DNA from: Candidatus Calescibacterium sp.
GTDB lineage: Bacteria; Calescibacteriota; Calescibacteriia; Calescibacteriales; Calescibacteriaceae
Reading direction: 5' to 3'
Length of the DNA stretch: 64,000 nucleotides
NCBI GenBank assembly: GCA_032249135.1
Contig: JAVVGL010000010.1
Location: 33 to 64,032 of the forward strand
The notes beneath the pieces were generated by a model. The model searched no databases. It saw only the letters and a program-made list of their open reading frames with translations, and had not been told where the DNA came from. A program made the position numbers and the translations under genes. Of the stretch, positions 58,752 through 64,000 are shown piece by piece (position 1 is the stretch's first letter; every line of letters starts with the position of its first letter).

Positions 58752-59660
58752 ATGGGGAAATTAGAAGAAATAATAAGGGAGCTCCCAGAGAACATAAGGG
58801 GACCAATATACGAAGCTTTCGTTGCTTTCAGAGATGATATCATTTTAAAAGAAACAAGGGAGATAAAATCTGAAATAGGCAGAGTATGGGAGGTTATAAA
58901 AGAGCTCGCAGAATCTCAGAAAAGAACCGAGCAGGAGATAGAAAAAATATGGGGTGCAATAAAGGAACTCACGGAAGCCCAAAGGAGAACTGAGCAGGAG
59001 ATAGAAAAAATATGGGGTGCGATAAAGGAACTCACGGAAGCTCAGAGGAGAACTGAACAAAAAGTTGAAGAACTTGTGCAAGCTCAAAAAGAAACTGAAC
59101 AGAAAATCAAAGAACTTACGGAAGCACAAAAGGAAACTGAACAGAAAATCAAAGAACTTACGGAAGCGCAGAAGAAAACTGAACAGAAAATTGAAGAGCT
59201 TGCAGAAGCACAAAGGAAAACTGAGGAAAGTTTGAAGAAGCTTATAGAAGATCACTCAAAAACAAGGGAAAAACTTGAGGGACTTTCAGATTCTTTTGGG
59301 TATTTCCTTGAAGATAGAGCTATGAAATCTTTGCCGAAAATCTTAAAAAGAAAGTACAATATCAAAGCTGTTGGAAATTTCGTAAGAGATTACTTTATTA
59401 TAAACGGCGAACATGTTGAGGTAAATATCTTTGGAAGAGTAAAGAAAGGAAATAAAGAGTACATACTTATAGGTGAGGCTAAAAGCCAAGTTACAAAAAA
59501 AGCAATAGATAAATTCTTAAAAAAGTGTGATAAAATCTCAAGGAGCTTTTCAAAGGAAACAATAAAAGTCTTTATATCTTACATATTTCCTCCCGGAATA
59601 AAAGAATATGCAGAAGAAAAAGGAATAGTACTTATTCCATCGTATGAGCTTGATTTATAA
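58752..59660 (+). CDS. coiled-coil tandem-repeat protein with a C-terminal PD-(D/E)XK-like domain
   Basis: Repeats ELTEAQRRTEQ / ELTEAQKETEQK, then GLSDSFGYFLED, EVNIFG, IGEAKSQ and YAEEKGIVLI. Start at ATG 58752. Confidence 0.8.
   Translation: MGKLEEIIRELPENIRGPIYEAFVAFRDDIILKETREIKSEIGRVWEVIKELAESQKRTEQEIEKIWGAIKELTEAQRRTEQEIEKIWGAIKELTEAQRRTEQKVEELVQAQKETEQKIKELTEAQKETEQKIKELTEAQKKTEQKIEELAEAQRKTEESLKKLIEDHSKTREKLEGLSDSFGYFLEDRAMKSLPKILKRKYNIKAVGNFVRDYFIINGEHVEVNIFGRVKKGNKEYILIGEAKSQVTKKAIDKFLKKCDKISRSFSKETIKVFISYIFPPGIKEYAEEKGIVLIPSYELDL
58890..59225 (+). repeat. coding tandem repeats, 63-bp units followed by 42-bp units
   Basis: Two near-identical GAGCAGGAGATAGAAAAAATATGGGGTGC.ATAAAGGAACTCACGGAAGC units, then repeated ACTGAACAGAAAATCAAAGAACTTACGGAAGC units. 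Boundaries are approximate. Confidence 0.9.
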
Positions 59661-59708
59661 TAAATTGGACTTACTCTTTTTGAGTCTCAAGTTTAAAATT
59701 TTATATAT

Positions 59709-61025
59709 ATGGATTTGGGTCCTGAGAACATAATCAAAAAAGTAGAAGAGAAAATTTTAAAAGCAAAAGACCAAGTAAAAATATATGGTCGCATTGATAA
59801 CATATCTTCTGTATATATAACCTGCTATTTGCCTGATGCAAGCGTTGGAGACTATGTGGTAATTCACACCCCAGAAGGTCAAAGAGGAGGGGAAGTCGTT
59901 GGTTTCAAAGACGGAAAAGCAATAGTAATACCATACGATGGAACATCTGGACTTTCTCAGGGAATGAAAGTTGAAAATATGATTCCGCGAAACACTCAGA
60001 AAGTAGGTTTTGACCTTCTTGGAAGAATAGTAGATGCTCTGGGACAACCAATTGATGGGAAGGGACCACTGAAACTAAAAGAAGAAATGCCTATTTTCGG
60101 TCGACCAGAAAACCCTCTGAAAAGAAAGATAATTGAAAAACCAATTGATGTCGGCGTAAGAGTAATAAATGCCGTTCTGACAACAGGTAGGGGTCAGCGT
60201 ATGGGGATTTTTGGAGGATCAGGTGTAGGGAAAAGTACGCTTTTGGGAATGATGGCTCGTCATACATCTGCTGATGTAAATGTAATAGCTCTCATAGGAG
60301 AAAGAGGAAGAGAAGTAAAAGAATTTATAGAAAAAATTTTGGGAGAAGAGGGATTGAAAAAATCTGTGGTTGTTGTTGCAACTTCCGATTCACCTCCTTT
60401 ACTTCGCGTCAGAGCTGCTTTTTTAGCTCATACATACGCAGAGTACTTTATGAACCAAGGTATGGATGTTCTTTTGATTATGGATTCCATTACTCGTTTT
60501 GCTATGGCTATGAGGGAAATCGGACTTGCTCTCGGGGAGCCCCCAACAGCCAGAGGTTATACTCCATCGGTTTTTTCTACTTTACCAAAGCTCCTTGAAA
60601 GAGCAGGTTCTTTTGAAAAAGGAACTATAACGGGATTTTATACAGTTTTGGTTGAGGGAGATGATACCTCTGAACCAATATCAGATAATGTCAGGGCTAT
60701 AATAGATGGACACATAATACTTTCTCGCCAGCTTTTCACAAGAAGAGTTCTCCCTGCGGTTGATGTGCTTTCGTCTATTTCTCGTGTCATGCCAGATATT
60801 GTGTCAGACGAGCACCTTGAATATGCTTTCAAATTTGTCAGAACTCTATCTGATTACTTCCAAGCAGAAGATATGATAACAATAGGAGCTTACAAAGGTG
60901 GAGACCCGCGACTTGATTATGCTATATCAAAATCTCAGCAAATATTCAAATTTATAACACAAAAAATCACAGAAAAAGCTTCATTTGATGAATCAGTCTC
61001 TTTGCTCTTTGAAATAATGAAATAA
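59709..61025 (+). CDS. fliI: flagellar export ATPase FliI
   Basis: GRGQRMGIFGGSGVGKST, LIGERGREV, MDSITRFAMA, GEPPTARGYTPS and DGHIILSR. fliL and fliM are in the same window. Confidence 0.92.
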   Translation: MDLGPENIIKKVEEKILKAKDQVKIYGRIDNISSVYITCYLPDASVGDYVVIHTPEGQRGGEVVGFKDGKAIVIPYDGTSGLSQGMKVENMIPRNTQKVGFDLLGRIVDALGQPIDGKGPLKLKEEMPIFGRPENPLKRKIIEKPIDVGVRVINAVLTTGRGQRMGIFGGSGVGKSTLLGMMARHTSADVNVIALIGERGREVKEFIEKILGEEGLKKSVVVVATSDSPPLLRVRAAFLAHTYAEYFMNQGMDVLLIMDSITRFAMAMREIGLALGEPPTARGYTPSVFSTLPKLLERAGSFEKGTITGFYTVLVEGDDTSEPISDNVRAIIDGHIILSRQLFTRRVLPAVDVLSSISRVMPDIVSDEHLEYAFKFVRTLSDYFQAEDMITIGAYKGGDPRLDYAISKSQQIFKFITQKITEKASFDESVSLLFEIMK

Positions 61026-61152
61026 TTCTGGATAAAGCAGGTAAGATAATAAAAAAGAGAAAAGTTACTTAGGTAAAAAAAATTGAAAAAATGGAAAGCA
61101 AAAAAAAACGAAAAATAAAAATGGAAAATTAAACAAAGGAGGTGAAACCGCT

Positions 61153-61902
61153 ATGGAAAATGAAGTTAAAACAGATAAAATTACAAAGAGAGTTTGGTGG
61201 TTGTTTCTATTTTTACTTGTGTTTTATTTTCTGTCTTCTACCAATATTGCTTTTGCTATAAGCGGTGGTATCGGATACTTTTCTTTTGGACCCGCCTATG
61301 GAACGAACTTCTCTGACATGAACAACCTACTTGATAAAAAAGGTTTTTCTACGGCATCCCCTTTTGGGATTCAGTGGGGAGGGGGAGGTTTCGGAATTAT
61401 AAAAAACATAATAGTAGGTGGTGAGGGATACGGATTTTTCGTTCTAGCTCAACCGGAGGCAAAGAATTTAAGTGTGAATTTTGGTGGTGGTTTTGGAACT
61501 TTCAACGTCGGGTATGTAGTATATAATACAAAAAGCTTTATTCTCTCTCCATTTATTGGCATAGGAGGAGGTTCTAATTCTATAACTGTTCAGGAGAAAA
61601 CCGGTGAAACTATTCATTTTGATAAAGAATTACTCGAAGGAAAAAAACTGAAAGAATCAAGAGTATCAAGAGGAATTTTCGCTTTATCTTTGGGATTAGG
61701 TGGGAATCTTTTGACCTTAGGTAAGAGAACAGATGAGGGATTTGCAGGACTTATTTTAGGATTCAGATTAGGTTATATTTTTGAACCTTTTGGTAGTAAG
61801 TGGAAAATTGGAGATTCTGAAGTAAAAGGAATCCCTTCTTCATTTTCTCTGAGTAGAATTTTCCTTAATATAACAATAGGTGGAGGCGGAGTAGCTTGGT
61901 AA
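61153..61902 (+). CDS. putative outer-membrane beta-barrel protein
   Basis: Signal peptide (..IAFA), Gly/aromatic alternating strands and a terminal Trp. Strong SD AAAGGAGGTG. Confidence 0.65.
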   Translation: MENEVKTDKITKRVWWLFLFLLVFYFLSSTNIAFAISGGIGYFSFGPAYGTNFSDMNNLLDKKGFSTASPFGIQWGGGGFGIIKNIIVGGEGYGFFVLAQPEAKNLSVNFGGGFGTFNVGYVVYNTKSFILSPFIGIGGGSNSITVQEKTGETIHFDKELLEGKKLKESRVSRGIFALSLGLGGNLLTLGKRTDEGFAGLILGFRLGYIFEPFGSKWKIGDSEVKGIPSSFSLSRIFLNITIGGGGVAW

Positions 61903-61966
61903 AATAAAATTGGCAAAATAAAGAAGTAACTTGGTAATACGAATGATCAGTAAGTAAAATAAAAAT

Positions 61967-62803
61967 GTGGATAGAATAAAGATAAAGGATTTACTTTTAC
62001 GAACTATAATAGGAGTTAATGAATGGGAGAGAAGAGAAAAACAAGATGTTATTATAAATGTTGAAATTTTCTGTGATCTGAAAAAACCATCAGAAACAGA
62101 TAACATTTCAGATACATTAGATTACAAAGAGCTCAAAAAGAGAATAATCAGTATTGTAGAGAATTCATCTTTTTATCTTGTGGAGGCTTTGGCTGGTAAA
62201 ATTGCTAACTTGTGCATAAATTATCCGGGTGTGAGAAAAGTTTGTGTTGAGGTAGATAAACCCGGAGCTTTGCGGTTTGCTCGGAGTGTCTCTGTTATAG
62301 AAGAAAGGGAATGGTCTGATGTTTTTTTAGGTATAGGCTCAAATATAGAGCCAGAATCAAATATAAAAAAGGCTTTAAAATATATTTCTGAAAAAGAAGG
62401 TATAAAGGTTGAGAAAGTTTCGCGCTTCTTCAAAACCCCACCAATAGATAAATTCGGTAATAAAATTGAAGAACAACCTCATTTTATAAATGGTGTTGCG
62501 AAAATCAAAACTTATCTCACACAAGATGAGCTCTCCGAATTTTTGAGAAAAGTTGAGACCTCTCTTGGGAGAACCGAAAAAGGTAAATATGAACCAAGAA
62601 CAATAGATTTAGATGTGCTTTTGTGGTTTGATGCATTCGGAAATTTGAAATTCGCTCACAAAGATGTTTTCGAAAGAAGCTTTGTCTCTTTCTCCATATA
62701 TGATATAGAACCAAATCTACTCGTGGGTAATTATCACATCTTTGATATTCTCAACAGAGCAAAAATAAAAGTAGATTTTAAGGAGGTAGATTTATCTTCT
62801 TGA
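61967..62803 (+). CDS. fused dihydroneopterin aldolase / HPPK (FolB-FolK)
   Basis: FolB motifs IIGVNEWER..KQ, TLDY, LVEALA and KPGAL. FolK motifs LGIGSN, FINGV, ETSLGR and PRTIDLDVL. Confidence 0.93.
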   Translation: MDRIKIKDLLLRTIIGVNEWERREKQDVIINVEIFCDLKKPSETDNISDTLDYKELKKRIISIVENSSFYLVEALAGKIANLCINYPGVRKVCVEVDKPGALRFARSVSVIEEREWSDVFLGIGSNIEPESNIKKALKYISEKEGIKVEKVSRFFKTPPIDKFGNKIEEQPHFINGVAKIKTYLTQDELSEFLRKVETSLGRTEKGKYEPRTIDLDVLLWFDAFGNLKFAHKDVFERSFVSFSIYDIEPNLLVGNYHIFDILNRAKIKVDFKEVDLSS

Positions 62804-62805
62804 TT

Positions 62806-62871
62806 TTTTACTTATTATGAAATTTCATACGGATCCGATTTTACTTATTGTGAAATTTCATACGGATCCGA
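62806..62871. repeat. 33-bp tandem duplication with 1 mismatch
   Basis: TTTTACTTATT(A/G)TGAAATTTCATACGGATCCGA at 62806-62838 and 62839-62871. Confidence 0.95.
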
Positions 62872-63393
62872 CCATTTCCATTTTTCTATAACTATTTCAG
62901 ATTCAACTTTCCTTGAAGGAGATACGCTGACAGAAACTTTTGAGCTTTTTGAGTTAAGAATTCCTTTTTCTGAAACCGCTCTTCCTATTATTATTTTTCT
63001 TTCTTTTGCACTGAGTTCATCTCCTCCTATCCCTTCTGCGGTAATGATTCCATTTTCGTCAAAAAGATTGTATTTTATAAGTACTCTCAATGGAATTTCT
63101 GTTTTGTTTTCAATTTCTACTGCCCACTCCCACATAAACCCTTCTTTCGGAACAGTTCTGTACAATATCCTCCAACCATGTTTTATTATTTCAACAGGTG
63201 AGGTTACTCCCTCCTGTTCTTTTTCTTTTCGTTCTTCTGCCAAACTTTTATGTATCTCTTCTGTTATTTCCTCCTCCTCTTCGGTGATTTTCGTTTCTTT
63301 TTCTCTTTGAAATAAAAAAATCAGAAGATACATCCCCCCCACTGCGATCACACCAAAAACAAAAATTGCGAAAAGAATTTTCCTTTTCCTCAT
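62845..63393 (-). CDS. hypothetical membrane-anchored protein
   Basis: N-terminal basic residues plus TM, an acidic linker, and a beta-rich C-terminal domain (VEIENKT..YNLFDENG). Confidence 0.6.
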   Translation of the reverse strand: MRKRKILFAIFVFGVIAVGGMYLLIFLFQREKETKITEEEEEITEEIHKSLAEERKEKEQEGVTSPVEIIKHGWRILYRTVPKEGFMWEWAVEIENKTEIPLRVLIKYNLFDENGIITAEGIGGDELSAKERKIIIGRAVSEKGILNSKSSKVSVSVSPSRKVESEIVIEKWKWSDPYEISQ

Positions 63394-63458
63394 TAAAAAA
63401 TAACAGTAATTTTACAGATTTTTCTTTGATTAATAGCAATCTTTTTTACCACCGCAAC

Positions 63459-64000
63459 TTATTCTCTCTTTGAGTTTTTAATTTTTGAAATTGAGTTCTT
63501 GAATATTTTTATAAAATCTTCCCAGGTTCTTGCTCTTATTACTTCTTTTTTTATCTTTTTCAGATGATTTATATCATCTACTTTTCCTAAAAAGTTTTTG
63601 AATTGCTTCGCTTTCTGAGTGTCTTGGATTTATCTTTGAATTTTCCTCCCAAAATTCCCACGACTGCCTTATCAAGTTTTTTTTGCTCATTATAAAAACA
63701 TCAGTATCTACCTTCTTCATATCCAAAAATTCATATTTTAAAGTTAACTTCTGGGTTTTATAATCTAATGGAGGAGGATTTCCTTTATTTGAAACAGAGG
63801 TTGATCCTCTGCTCCACTATGCAGTCAGAGATATGACATATTTCCTTATAGAGCCAGAATTTGATTAAAAAACTGAGATAGAGTTTGAGTTAAAGGTAGC
63901 TGAGACAAATTTGTTTCCTATCAGTCTATTGTTAAAAATTTGTGGAAACACATTTAACTTAATCTATCTTTTACTCAGTTTTGCAGGGAAGCTCAACATC
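63459..64000 (-). pseudogene. degenerate Rpn/YhgA-like (PD-(D/E)XK 'putative transposase') gene, truncated by the window edge
   Basis: Fragments in different frames, separated by stops and frameshifts: DVELP..E*KID*, KGNPPPLDYKTQKLTLKYEFLDMKKVDTDVFI, AVVGILGGKFKDK and KAKQFKNFLGKVDDINHLKKIKKEVIRARTWEDFIKIFKN. Family assignment is from memory of the motif pattern. Confidence 0.5.

Noticed and set aside
58890-59225. Regularly spaced repeats considered as a CRISPR array (also those at 14960-15195)
   Set aside because: They are in-frame coding tandem repeats with no unique spacers and no cas genes nearby.
59709-61025. Injectisome (SctN) interpretation of the ATPase
   Set aside because: There are no T3SS neighbours, and fliL/fliM are present with dispersed flagellar genes, so FliI is more parsimonious.
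61967-62803. FolB-FolK fusion as a novelty
   Set aside because: This fusion is well known (for example SulD-type enzymes).

Overview
AT-rich, gene-dense bacterial chromosome segment with very short intergenic spacers and little conserved operon structure. The content fits a flagellated Gram-negative (LPS heptosyltransferase, MsbA, MlaF, FliL/FliM/FliI) that is probably thermophilic, judging from Lys/Glu-rich proteins and GC-rich structural RNAs; the taxon cannot be fixed from the sequence alone. It carries about 55 CDSs: housekeeping genes (tpiA, sufS, hemL, tldD, rmlC, hisH, rpsI, argJ, mrdA, nadB, truD, birA, yajC, secG, recR, folB-folK), a lipid-oxidation cluster, a surface-polysaccharide locus with an MNT-HEPN pair, three tRNAs (Arg-CCG, Ile2-CAT, Val-GAC) and tmRNA. 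I saw no CRISPR array, integrase or intact IS. Most notable observations: (i) a Zn-ribbon CDS sits between two tRNAs with its stop codon inside tRNA-Val, so tRNA maturation should yield a non-stop mRNA; (ii) the tmRNA 2 kb away encodes an atypical tag ending -VLPA; (iii) short direct duplications span the stop codons of many unrelated genes; (iv) two large surface proteins share a Cys-TM-basic C-terminal sorting-like tail; (v) repeat-expanded coiled-coil/PD-(D/E)XK proteins occur with two relics of an Rpn-like family; (vi) a cytochrome c'-beta gene sits with a Cys-rich MarR gene and an operator-like inverted repeat; (vii) a CxxC domain is fused to the MNT antitoxin. All calls come from motif recognition by eye; no database search was run.
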